Shown here: positions 20,028 through 29,648 of the stretch, one piece after another | How positions within the stretch are numbered: the first letter of the stretch is position 1 | Layout: every line of letters begins with the position of its first letter | Assembly: GCA_050952525.1 (NCBI GenBank) | Contig: JBMNLC010000001.1 | Span: 231,992-295,991 of the forward strand | Origin: Clostridia bacterium | GTDB taxonomy: Bacteria; Bacillota; Clostridia; Christensenellales; JBMNLC01 | Direction: 5' to 3' | Length of the DNA: 64,000 nucleotides | Translations under genes and position numbers: made by a program | The notes under the pieces: generated by a model | Database searches by the model: none | What the model was told of the DNA's origin: nothing | What the model saw: only the letters and a program-made list of their open reading frames with translations

Positions 20028-20859
20028 TTAAATTTCTCCTGCAGCCAGCTTTCTCATATTTTCGGCTAACTCAGAGAGTGGGATCTCATCCCGCTCTTTT
20101 GGTTTGCGGGATACTTCGTAAAGCATTGGCCCGTCATATCCGGCCCGTTCAAGCTGAGCAAAAAGCCCACGCCAATTGTTCAGTCCGTCCCCTGGGAGTC
20201 TATGCCGTTCATCGATAAAATCATAATCCGAGATATGCAGGGTGTGATTTTTTTAGTCCACTGTCTATTAGCGTGAAAAGGAAACTTACATTTTCTTCAA
20301 TAAGGGAATGGTTGGTATCGAAGGCAATTCCGGCTCCGGTGCCTTTAAGCAGTTCAATCATCTCAGCGGATCGATTGCACAAGCATGTACGAGGTAGATT
20401 CTCCACTGCGAGCTTCATGTCGTATTGATCACACTCGGATTTCAGTATTTCAATGGATTCACGGCTACTCCCCAGTCTCTTAGGGCGCTTTGCAGCAGCG
20501 ATCGGCTCGCTGCTCGGATGCAATACAGCAATCTTTACTCCGGCTTTTCTGGCGGCTTCGATCAGGGTACGGTTTGTATAGAGGGTAATATCCCTCAGCT
20601 CTTTTTCTTCGTGAGAAATGTCCAGATATGGAGAAAAGGGCAGGTGTATCGACCAGATCTCCACGCCCTCCTCTCTTGCCATATTCGCGTACTCAAGGCA
20701 ATTTTTCGGAAAGTCAATTGTATTCATGTAATAATCATATGTGAACGAAAGCTCTACAGTTGATATTCCGGAAGCCTTCAATTCGTGGAGCGTAGCTTTG
20801 TCTATCTTCTGACAAAAGCTCAAGGATGTACCAAATCTTAAACTTTGAACGTATATCAT
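20028..20859 (-). pseudogene. sugar phosphate isomerase/epimerase TIM-barrel protein, frameshifted as assembled
   Basis: ORF 20221..20859 continues in another frame as HTLHISDYDFIDERHRLPGDG...AGEI to a stop at 20028-20030. The junction is at the T7 run 20248-20254. Confidence 0.75.
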
Positions 20860-20935
20860 TTCTTTTCCCCCTAAATAATATGAGTATGTCCCATTTCCAT
20901 ATTAATCTAATTATATGATAAGAATTTGGGATGAA

Positions 20936-21368
20936 GATTAAGCCCTTATAATTGTGTAAAAAGAAAATGAGCCACAAACTCATATCCTCGGTTAGAATAT
21001 AAGTGATAAGCAAATACCAAACCGAGGAGGATGAAATCCATGGTTCAGTTTAATATTACCCTAACCGAAGAAGAATTACACGGACTTTTTATAAGCAACG
21101 GACGAGATGTAGCCGTAGCAAAATTGCTAGAAAAGATCTTTAATGAGATCCTTCGAGGCCAGTCCACTGAACAGCTATGTGCTGAACCGTATGAGAGAAC
21201 CGATCAGCGAAGAGCATACCGTAATGGCAGCTATAAGCGTGAACTGGTGACCCGGGTTGGAACACTGACCTTACGCATTCCTCGCCACCGAAACGGCGAA
21301 TTCAGCACCGAACTTTTTGAACGTTACCAGCGGAGCGAACAGGCACTGGTGCTGGCCATGATGGAAAC
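20936..21368 (+). mobile_element. IS256-like element, 5' remnant (left inverted repeat plus first ~110 codons of the transposase)
   Basis: 20936-20961 GATTAAGCCCTTATAATTGTGTAAAA closely resembles the IS256 left inverted repeat as I remember it. The ORF from ATG 21040 (MVQFNITL..YERT..R.AYRNGSY.R.L.TRVGTL.L.IPR.R.G.F...LFERYQRSE.AL) is the N-terminus of a mutator/IS256 transposase. Similarity stops near 21368. Confidence 0.7.
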
Positions 21369-21668
21369 TGTGATATTTGTACAGGAAGGGATTGCATTGC
21401 TCTTATTGGGGAAGCAGCAGGTGCTATTAGTCCGAGTTCTGCAGAAGGAATAAGCTACGCATTAAAAAGCTCTTTATATTTGGCTCAGAGCCTTGAAGAA
21501 GGACTCGATGGTTTTTTTGATCGATATAGAAACAGAGTGAAGGATATCAGGCTAAATTTACTCATGAAAAATCTAAAATCTCCCGTCATGTATAACCCAT
21601 TACTTAGGCAGTTAGCTATGAGGTCAGGGTTGCAAAGCATTAAGCTATGTGGTCATTGGGAAAGATGA
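21369..21668 (+). pseudogene. FAD-dependent oxidoreductase (geranylgeranyl reductase-like), C-terminal remnant
   Basis: The frame of ORF 21480..21668 reads ..IALIGEAAGAISPSSAEGISYALKSSLYLAQSL.., the conserved GD/EAAG..P.SGEGI segment near the C-terminus of this family. There is no N-terminal part. Confidence 0.5.
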
Positions 21669-21759
21669 ATCTTTCACTTGTAAGCACTCCACAAGAGCCG
21701 AAACACTTAAAGAGCTTTCATAGCATCAGATCTGAAATTGCGTAGCTGTAGGGCTTTCA

Positions 21760-21788
21760 TTGACAACTGAAATTAAAACAATTATAAT
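21760..21788 (+). promoter_or_regulatory. consensus sigma-A/sigma-70 promoter for the DUF1538 operon
   Basis: TTGACA (21760-21765), 17-nt spacer, TATAAT (21783-21788). It lies about 95 nt upstream of the 21882 start. Confidence 0.6.
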
Positions 21789-21881
21789 TAAAGGGTGTTA
21801 CCCAGACCATGTCTATTTAAATAAAGCGTCATCCTACCTGGAATAAAAATATAAAAAATTCTTTAGCGAAGAGGTGTTGCC

Positions 21882-23369
21882 TTGGATGCCTTAAAAGATA
21901 AACTAAAAGAGGCACTGGCTTCGGTTCTGCCAATCACAATAATTGTATTAATACTCCATTTCAGCATAAGCCCATTGGATCCCTATATGCTGTATGCCTT
22001 CCTAATAGGCTCAGCGCTGGTCATTATTGGTTTGACGATATTTCTTTTCGGTATAGATCAGGGCTTGGAACCCATAGGGCGAGGTATTGGAAGCACATTG
22101 GCTCATTCAAAGAGCTATGCTGTGATCATTACGATTTGTTTGGTCCTGGGGTTCTTCATTTCCTATGCAGAGCCAGATATTCATATTCTAGCCAGCCAGG
22201 TTGACAGTGTGACAGCAGGTCAATTTGGCCGAATCTTAATGGTTGTCGTTGTTTCAATCGGGCTCGGAATCATGATGACCCTGGGAATGCTACGCATACT
22301 GAAAGGTGTCGCCCTTAAGTATGTGTTCACTGCCGCTTATGGCTTAATTTTTATTCTATCTATTTTTTCATCAGTCGATTTTATCGCTATAGCGTTTGAT
22401 GCTTCCGGCGCGACGACAGGTGCGATCACTGTCCCTTTTATGCTGGCTATGGCTGCGGGTATATCAGCATTGAAATCAGACAGCAAGTCCAGCGAAGCAG
22501 ATAGTTTTGGGCTGGTCGGTATTTCATCGACCGGTGCGATTCTGGGAGTGCTGGTCACAGGTTTGATATTTGGCATAGAAAAACTGAATGGTACATTGCC
22601 TGAGCAAACCATTACCAGTACCAACCTATTGGATATTTATGGTTCGAAGTTTCTGCGGATTGTCTGGGAATCATTTATATCGCTTTTGCCGATCATTATA
22701 GTATATATACTATTTCAGATATTCGCATTTAAACATAGGAAAAGCCGGGTGTTCGACATCGCTCGAGGCATAGTCTTAACTTTTTTTGGGCTGGTTGTAT
22801 TTTTGTTGGGCGTGAACGGCGGTTTTATGGAAGTTGGCACACAGATTGGAATACAACTTGCTTCTATGGATTCTTATGGCCCAGTCCTAGTTGTAGCACT
22901 TCTGCTCGGGCTGACAACTGTATTAGCTGAACCTGCTGTTCATGTTTTAACTCATCAGGTTGAAGATGTCACGGGGGGATCCGTCAATCGCATTCTGGTT
23001 CTCATTTTCCTCTCTGTTGCAGTGGGGTTGTCTATTTTTATGTCTGCCTTGCGAATTCTCCTGCCGAATCTTGAGTTATGGATGTATTTACTTCCAGGAT
23101 TTGGAATCGCAGCTATTTTAGCTTATTTTGTGCCTGATTTGTTTGTGGGCATGGCATATGATGCAGGCGGTGTTGCCTCCGGCCCTATGACCGCGACCTT
23201 TTCTTTGGCCTTTGTTCAAGGCGTTGCGGCACAAGTGCCTTCAGCTGATTTGGTGGCAGATGGATTTGGCATGATTGCGATCGTTGCCATGATGCCGATT
23301 ATTGCACTTGAACTCCTAGGTGCACTCTATCAGCTAAAAACACGCAAGGCATCAAAAGCCAAAGGGTGA
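21882..23369 (+). CDS. DUF1538 family membrane protein (internally duplicated)
   Basis: TTG start with GAAGAGGTG upstream. The two halves share GL.(I/V)FL.G...G..(I/V)G..IG..LA...SY....LG.....AEP..H.L..QV..VT.G. Confidence 0.7.
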   Translation: MDALKDKLKEALASVLPITIIVLILHFSISPLDPYMLYAFLIGSALVIIGLTIFLFGIDQGLEPIGRGIGSTLAHSKSYAVIITICLVLGFFISYAEPDIHILASQVDSVTAGQFGRILMVVVVSIGLGIMMTLGMLRILKGVALKYVFTAAYGLIFILSIFSSVDFIAIAFDASGATTGAITVPFMLAMAAGISALKSDSKSSEADSFGLVGISSTGAILGVLVTGLIFGIEKLNGTLPEQTITSTNLLDIYGSKFLRIVWESFISLLPIIIVYILFQIFAFKHRKSRVFDIARGIVLTFFGLVVFLLGVNGGFMEVGTQIGIQLASMDSYGPVLVVALLLGLTTVLAEPAVHVLTHQVEDVTGGSVNRILVLIFLSVAVGLSIFMSALRILLPNLELWMYLLPGFGIAAILAYFVPDLFVGMAYDAGGVASGPMTATFSLAFVQGVAAQVPSADLVADGFGMIAIVAMMPIIALELLGALYQLKTRKASKAKG

Positions 23370-23402
23370 GCTTTCCTAAATAAGGGACAATTGGAGGTTA
23401 TC

Positions 23403-24110
23403 ATGGATAAGCAAAATGATGCACTGGACATGGCGAGTGTTCAGATGCTGACACTAATACTCAGTGAGAGTCAAAGCCATAAATGCGTCCGTCTTGCCAA
23501 AGAGCGGGGAATCCGAGGAGGGATGGTCATGCTTGGAAGAGGGACAGTAAGTAGTGCTGTTTTGAACTTGCTTGGGATCAAAAGCCAAAGAAAAGAAGTT
23601 GTGAAATACTTGCTGACAAAGGATAGAGCAGAAGAGATGATGGACTATTTTGATGATGTGCTCCAGCTCAAAAATCCTGGTCACGGCATTGCCTATACTA
23701 CACCGGTCATAAGTGCAGTAGGACTCCCAGAGCAGGAAACGAATCACAAGCGAATCATCACTGATACTGCAAAACGTATGGAGGGCGAGAGTATGTTCAA
23801 TAAATTGACTGTGATAGTTGATTACGGCATGTCGAATGATGTAATGGATATCGCACGGAAAGCCGGTGCCCGGGGCGGCACGATATTACACGGTCGCGGC
23901 GCCGGTGCAGAGATAGCCACAAGTTTGTTTGGTGTGGAAATTGAACCGGAAAAAGAACTCGTGATCATCTTGATACCAAACGATATAGTAGATAAAGTGG
24001 TGAATGCTTTATCACATGAACTTCATCTGGATGAGCCTGGGAAAGGGATCCTGTTTGTAGAACCAATTTTAGATACTCGGGGTCTGTTTGAGATGAACGA
24101 AAAAAAATAG
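23403..24110 (+). CDS. tandem P-II-like signal-transduction protein (two P-II family domains)
   Basis: GGAGG precedes ATG 23403. Two repeats of about 110 aa each carry an (I/A)RGG..(M/L).GRG core and a C-terminal GKGI.F / GHGIAY segment. Confidence 0.6.
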   Translation: MDKQNDALDMASVQMLTLILSESQSHKCVRLAKERGIRGGMVMLGRGTVSSAVLNLLGIKSQRKEVVKYLLTKDRAEEMMDYFDDVLQLKNPGHGIAYTTPVISAVGLPEQETNHKRIITDTAKRMEGESMFNKLTVIVDYGMSNDVMDIARKAGARGGTILHGRGAGAEIATSLFGVEIEPEKELVIILIPNDIVDKVVNALSHELHLDEPGKGILFVEPILDTRGLFEMNEKK

Positions 24111-24327
24111 GACAACTAATGAAAGTACAATTTCTGAATTATCAAGCTCTTGAAATCGTTTCTGAGATCAAGGAAGACTTAGAGCATCTAAGACGGCTAA
24201 AACCCGTTTTGGATGCTTTTTTATATGCGGGTTGGTTGACCAATATCTGAAAAATCAAGCTTTTATTGTTTCGTTAACTTAAAATCCAAAGAGAAGCATG
24301 AATCTAATTCCAGGTCATATTTCAGGT

Positions 24328-24360
24328 AGATCAAGCAAGCCTTTTATGCTTGCTTGATCT
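24328..24360. terminator. perfect 13-bp hairpin in the intergenic region
   Basis: AGATCAAGCAAGC-cttttat-GCTTGCTTGATCT. A second terminator-like hairpin (AGCATC...GATGCTTTTTT) lies near 24181-24222. Confidence 0.45.
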
Positions 24361-24508
24361 ATTTGTGCGGAATAGCTACTATGGCAGGGGTGAAACAGAA
24401 GAGATGAATTGAAATAGATTTCTGGACAGCAAATTGCTTATTTTCCATCATTATTTTTACTGGTTGTAGTATATATAGAATAACCAAAAAAATAAATGGA
24501 GGGTTTTT

Positions 24509-25582
24509 ATGGCTAAATTACCAGTATGGGACCCCTTTACCGATTGGCACCACACAAATATCAAATGGATTAGGGTCAAGATATCAAAGGAGGATATGGA
24601 CAGGTTTACGAAGCGAAGCAATGTAAAGGGACTAATTCAGACACTCAGTTTTTTATTAATTGTTGCGGCAACAGCATTCCTTTCCTACTATGCATTTATG
24701 ACCCATAACTGGATATTACTTGTTGTGGGATTATACTTGCATGGTATGGTATATGGCCATTTCGGATCGGCCATTCATGAACTGATTCACAATACGGTCT
24801 TCGCCAGTAGATTTTTGAACAGAGCAGCTGTAATGCTATTCGGATTATTATACTGGCCTTATAATCCTTACTTATACCGGCTAAGCCACATGCACTATCA
24901 TCATCGATATACCCTCTATCAGAATAGTGATGGGGAGGATGTACCGAATTATGTAGAGCTGAACAAAAGACTTATTCTCAATTTGTTTTTTCGGGTTTTG
25001 CATATCAAGAGCCTTGTGCAATGTTTGGGACGACTTTTCACATTAAAGCCAACGAGCAAGGGCTGGAGGATGAGAGGTTACCAGCTTGATAAATGGGAGA
25101 AATTTATCCTGGAGAGGGCGTCTGAAAAGGAAAGGAAGGTAGTTTACCGGTTTGCTGTATTATCACTGATTGTCCATGTGCTTTTTGTCGCAGCATGTAT
25201 CGTAAGCGGCAATTGGTTCCTTGTGGTGTTGGTCACATTGGCACCGTTTTACGGACCGGGTATACATGGCTTTATCTGTGGTGTACACCAGCATGCTTGT
25301 TGTGAAGCCAACAATCCTGATTTCCGGAAAAGCTGCGGAGATGCAATACTGGATCCCATCAGCTCGATTCTTTATTGGCATATGGAATATCATATTGAGC
25401 ATCATATGTTTGCATCAATCCCTTGCTATAACCTAAAAAAATTCAGCAAGTTCGTTGCAGATCAATTGCCGAAGAAGGAATATGCCATCCCACGCATTTT
25501 CAAGCTTGCAAAGCGAAGCCCTGAGATGTTTGGTAGCAGGGCAGAGTGGAGAGAGAATTTCGGCCGATACAAGGGCTTCTAG
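24509..25582 (+). CDS. membrane fatty-acid desaturase family protein
   Basis: Three His boxes are present: HELIHN, HMHYHHRY and HIEHHMF. TM segments lie between them. Confidence 0.8.
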   Translation: MAKLPVWDPFTDWHHTNIKWIRVKISKEDMDRFTKRSNVKGLIQTLSFLLIVAATAFLSYYAFMTHNWILLVVGLYLHGMVYGHFGSAIHELIHNTVFASRFLNRAAVMLFGLLYWPYNPYLYRLSHMHYHHRYTLYQNSDGEDVPNYVELNKRLILNLFFRVLHIKSLVQCLGRLFTLKPTSKGWRMRGYQLDKWEKFILERASEKERKVVYRFAVLSLIVHVLFVAACIVSGNWFLVVLVTLAPFYGPGIHGFICGVHQHACCEANNPDFRKSCGDAILDPISSILYWHMEYHIEHHMFASIPCYNLKKFSKFVADQLPKKEYAIPRIFKLAKRSPEMFGSRAEWRENFGRYKGF

Positions 25583-25757
25583 ACAAGGTAGGCAAGGGGA
25601 TAGAGACCATGTTTGGTCCCTGTCCCATACTTTTCAAAAACAAGCTACCAATTTTCTTATGGTTATTTGGTAATGTATGGTATAATTTTATGTACAAGAT
25701 TATGTACTTGCGTTTGCAGGTATTATTTCTGTCTAAAACAAGAGAGGTATCGAAGAA

Positions 25758-26552
25758 ATGGATAAAGAGAAGCATTTGGCTTCATTGGCTCAACTTAAGG
25801 ATACTCAGATGAGGATACGGGATATACATCCCATCTTTGACATTTCATATCCTGTTGCCATAGTTAAAGAAGGCAAGTTTTTCATTTATGATATACCATT
25901 AGGTTGTACTGAATATAGATTTATCAAATCGGAGCCTTGCCCTTATTCTTTACCAGCGGGCGTAAGGGCTGCTTTTCCCATGGAGTGCTATGGGGATAAA
26001 ATGGCTGCAGTTGTTACCGAAGATGTATTTGATAGCTTACAGGGTTATATTACAATTCTTCATGAGTTTGTCCATTGTGCACAGGGTATGTCATGCGGAA
26101 TGCAATTGAAGGATCAGTTGGAAATTTCAAAGGAGTATAAAAGGAAGAAGGATTACATGTGGGAGATTAATCACCCATTTCCATATGAAGGCAAGGCTTT
26201 TACCGATCTATATGCGAAATATATGGATGCATTATCTCAATCTGACATTCAAAGGATCAAATTTATACGGGGTCAATTGGCCCGGCTGTTAAGCAAGCAG
26301 GATGCGGAATATCTCCTTTGGCAGGAATGGAAGGAGGGCTTTCCACGATTCCTGGAGAACAAAATATGCAAGCGATTCCAAATGATGGAGAATCATAGAG
26401 GCAATGAAGAACCCTTCAGTCGGACATCCTTCTATGAGAGTGGCAGCCGATACATACAGGTGATTGAAGGATACAGCCCGATTATTGCTGCTGATATGGA
26501 ACGATTATTTGAGGAAATGCAAGGGAGTATGTTTGGTGACATCGAAGAATAG
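25758..26552 (+). CDS. hypothetical protein with HExxH motif (possible metallopeptidase-like)
   Basis: 264 aa, soluble, with a single LHEFVHCAQG motif. I recognise no family. Confidence 0.45.
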   Translation: MDKEKHLASLAQLKDTQMRIRDIHPIFDISYPVAIVKEGKFFIYDIPLGCTEYRFIKSEPCPYSLPAGVRAAFPMECYGDKMAAVVTEDVFDSLQGYITILHEFVHCAQGMSCGMQLKDQLEISKEYKRKKDYMWEINHPFPYEGKAFTDLYAKYMDALSQSDIQRIKFIRGQLARLLSKQDAEYLLWQEWKEGFPRFLENKICKRFQMMENHRGNEEPFSRTSFYESGSRYIQVIEGYSPIIAADMERLFEEMQGSMFGDIEE

Positions 26553-26591
26553 GCCAAATTTATGAATGTAATGATTGTGTAGGTGGGGTCT

Positions 26592-27487
26592 ATGTATGAG
26601 CAAAACAGCATACCGGAACAGTTTGGCATAGAGATAAGGGAAATGGGGCTTGATGCAAGTACGAGTTTGAGCTTTAAAGAAATCAGAAGGAAAGATGGGG
26701 TTATGGTATATAGAATCATAGGCCCTGAAAAATCCTATGTGATGAAGTATTTTATAGACAATCGTAATAGGAGGGAAATAAGGGATTATTCCATTTTGGA
26801 AGAGTTGGGGATCCCCACAATCAAGGTCATCGGGTACACAGAGAAATCTATCCTGCTGGAAGATATAAATTACAGTGATATTTACCGCCTTGGGATGCCG
26901 GAAGACTTATGTGATGAAGAGGTAGCTAGACTGCTCGCACAATGGTATCGAAAGCTCCATGATCTGGGTGATGAATACCTAAAAAGAACCGGGATCAACC
27001 TGTATCGAGAGACAGACATGTTAACCTATGAAAATATGGGGTGATTCGAGATAAATCGGGTACGAAGGATAACCCGATATGGCCTTTTATTCTGGATAAC
27101 CTTCCTCAAATAACCAAGGTGATATCCAACCTAAATGAAACCCTTACATACAATGACTTCTATTGGACAAACCTTGCGGTGAGAAAGGATGGATCTGCTG
27201 CCTTGATGTTCGATTATAACCTTATGGGTATAGGCTATCGATACAGTGATATAAGGAATGTGTGCTCGTCGTTGTCTGTGAAAAGCAAAGTAGCTTTTCT
27301 GGAAGAGTATGGAGAAATTGATGAAAGAGAGAAAACAGTGGATGACATCATTTCCCCTTTAATAGCCCTTGTAATTGCCTTTCAAAGGCCGGCTTTTCCT
27401 TTTTGGGCTAATCAATCCCTCCAGTTAATCATGAATGGAGAGTTTTTTAAAAGAATCTATACGTTCTTTCATCAATCACATGGTTAA
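26592..27487 (+). pseudogene. aminoglycoside/choline kinase-type phosphotransferase (APH family), frameshifted as assembled
   Basis: The N-lobe (VYRIIG.EKSYVMKYF) lies in ORF 26583..27044. The C-lobe (TYNDFYWTNLAV....ALMFDYNLMGIGYRYSDI) lies in ORF 27041..27487. They join if one G is added at the G4 run 27038-27041. Confidence 0.6.
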
Positions 27488-27629
27488 ATGGAGTGCAAGG
27501 CTACAGCAGTTTATCTAAGTAGAGGCTAAAAAACTCTATATGATTTTCCATTATCTGGCTTGATCGGGTATTCAAAGGACACTCTAGGATTTGGCAGGGT
27601 GACTACTTTGGATAAAGGCAAAATTCGAT

Positions 27630-28534
27630 TTAGGATTGTTCCAGATACTGCCCCGCTCTATCACGGTTATTCAGCCCCTCGATGAATTTCCGGGCGACCT
27701 TGGAAAAGATCTGGTCTTTCTTCCACACCAGGACCATGCTGACCTCCAGTTTAGGTTCCAATGGACGAAAACAAAGAGGGCTGTCAGCTGTAGTCTTGAT
27801 GATCCCGTCGAGGCATATGGCATAGCTGACACCTTCTTCCCCACCAGAAGGGATGCGTTGAACAGCAGGTTATATCTGGAAAATATGTTCAGCTTCTTAT
27901 AGTCGCCTCCCATCCAGCCGGATATTTCGTTGTCAACCATGCATTGAGCAGAGATGAGGATGGGCAGACCCAGAAGATCCTTGGGCTTGATGGCTGTTTT
28001 TTCAGCAAGAGGACTGTCCTTCCGCATGAGCACACCCCATCTGTCGATTGTGGGCAATTTTAAGAAATTATACCTGGTCATGTCAGCAGGCTCTATGAAT
28101 AGCCCAAAATCAAGCAGGCCCTTTTCAAGCCGCTCAGATACTTCTTCTGCGTTGCCGCTAAAGAGGTGCGCCCTTATACCGGGATAGTCATCCCGCATTT
28201 CTTTTATGGTCTTTGCAATCAGACGCATACCCTCCGTTTCGCCACCGCCTATATACAAATCGCCACTGATATCTTCGCTGGAGAGCATGATTTCAGAGCG
28301 GGTCTTCTCCACCATCGCGATGATTTCCTCGGCCCGTCGGCGCAATATCATGCCTTCTTCGGTCAGCGTCACTTTTCGGCTGCCGCGCACCAGAAGCTGC
28401 TTGCCTAGCTCATTCTCCAGATCCTTGAGCTGGCGGGAAAGGAGCGGCTGAGTCATATGCAGAGATTCGGCAGCCCTGGTAATATTCTCTTCCCGTGCAA
28501 CGGCCAGGAAGTATTTCAGTACCTTTACATCCAT
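27630..28534 (-). pseudogene. LysR-family transcriptional regulator, frameshifted as assembled
   Basis: N-terminal HTH (LKYFLAVAREENITRAAESLHMTQPLLSRQLKDLE). After the C4 run 27839-27842 the natural continuation (EEGVSYAICLDGIIKTT..LVWKKDQIFSKVARKFIEGL) is in the -1 frame and ends at 27630-27632. Confidence 0.85.
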
Positions 28535-28570
28535 GTATGAAACCCCCTAGGATGATTATATCACCCCGAA

Positions 28571-28589
28571 CCATACTTTAAAAGTATGG
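28571..28589. promoter_or_regulatory. candidate LysR-type binding site (T-N11-A palindrome)
   Basis: CCATAC-TTTAAAA-GTATGG contains ATAC-N7-GTAT. It lies 37-55 bp upstream of the LysR start, in the divergent intergenic region. Confidence 0.45.
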
Positions 28590-28835
28590 AAGGAGATATT
28601 GTATACGTATTTTACATTTGTTTCATTGCGATTTAAAATTAAACTGGAGAAAAGGATATGTATGAAACACTCGCGGAAGCATGTATACCTGTAACGGTTA
28701 CGGAGATGGTCTCTGTGAGGGGCATTGACATACCCAAATTCATGAAGGAACTGGTTCAGATGATGGCATGACTATGTGGTTTATAGAGAGATTAACAGAG
28801 CACTCAAAACACGAGTTTAACATGGGAGGATTGAT

Positions 28836-29387
28836 ATGATGCGTAAAATATTGGTAGCAGTTGGCAGTGGATCAGTCGCTGGGAATACCGACCGTCTCGC
28901 CGACGCTTTTATCCGTGGTGCCAAGGAAGCCGGCCATGTTGTACACAAGGTTTTTCTAGGCGGCAGAAATCTGTATGGCTGTCAGGGCTGTGGAGCTTGC
29001 CAGATCGGAGATGATGGCTGTGTAATCGATGATATTATGCAGACCGTTTACCCGCTGTTTGATGAATGTGATACCTTAGTATTGGCTTCACCCCTCTATT
29101 TCTGGACGTTTTCGTCACTAATAAAGGCGTTTATGGACAGATTGTATGCCGTTTCCGAAAATGACAGATATCCCGAAAAGGATACGCTTTTGCTCATGAC
29201 CGCCGATGACGACAGTCAGAATACATTTGACAATCCCATGGATTATTATAAGTTCATCACGGCTGCCTTGGGCTGGAAGGACATAGGCAGCTATCTGGCA
29301 GGGGGTTGCAGTGGTGAACCTGGGAACCATCGCATTGATGAAAAACATTTGAAGAACGCTTATGAGCTGGGCAAGTCGATTGATTAG
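28836..29387 (+). CDS. flavodoxin-like / NADPH-dependent FMN reductase family protein with Cys cluster
   Basis: KILVAVGSGSVAGNT is a flavodoxin-like N-terminus. A CQGCGACQ..DGC cysteine cluster resembles iron-sulfur flavoproteins. Confidence 0.7.
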   Translation: MMRKILVAVGSGSVAGNTDRLADAFIRGAKEAGHVVHKVFLGGRNLYGCQGCGACQIGDDGCVIDDIMQTVYPLFDECDTLVLASPLYFWTFSSLIKAFMDRLYAVSENDRYPEKDTLLLMTADDDSQNTFDNPMDYYKFITAALGWKDIGSYLAGGCSGEPGNHRIDEKHLKNAYELGKSID

Positions 29388-29399
29388 TTCTACCATCAC

Positions 29400-29553
29400 A
29401 GAAGACAGGCTTGCCCGGAATCACTACATGAAGCTCACGATCGTCAATGCTGCCGACTGTCTGCTTTGTGGCCACTGTAACGAGAGCTGCCCTTTGGGCG
29501 TGGACCAAAGTGAGCGTATGAAGGAAATTGCTTCCTATTTTGAATGTGTATAA
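29400..29553 (+). pseudogene. Fe-S (CxxCGxCxxxCP) C-terminal remnant of an oxidoreductase
   Basis: ..ADCLLCGHCNESCPLGVDQSERMKEI.. resembles the C-terminal ferredoxin-like tail of Fe-S aldo/keto reductases. No upstream body is present. Confidence 0.3.
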
Positions 29554-29648
29554 TCCTTCTACTCACAGCAGTATGTTTACTGATATGATTTAAAACCGTA
29601 GGGTACTATGTCAATAAAAAGTACAACCTAAACTAGGACAGATTCCCA

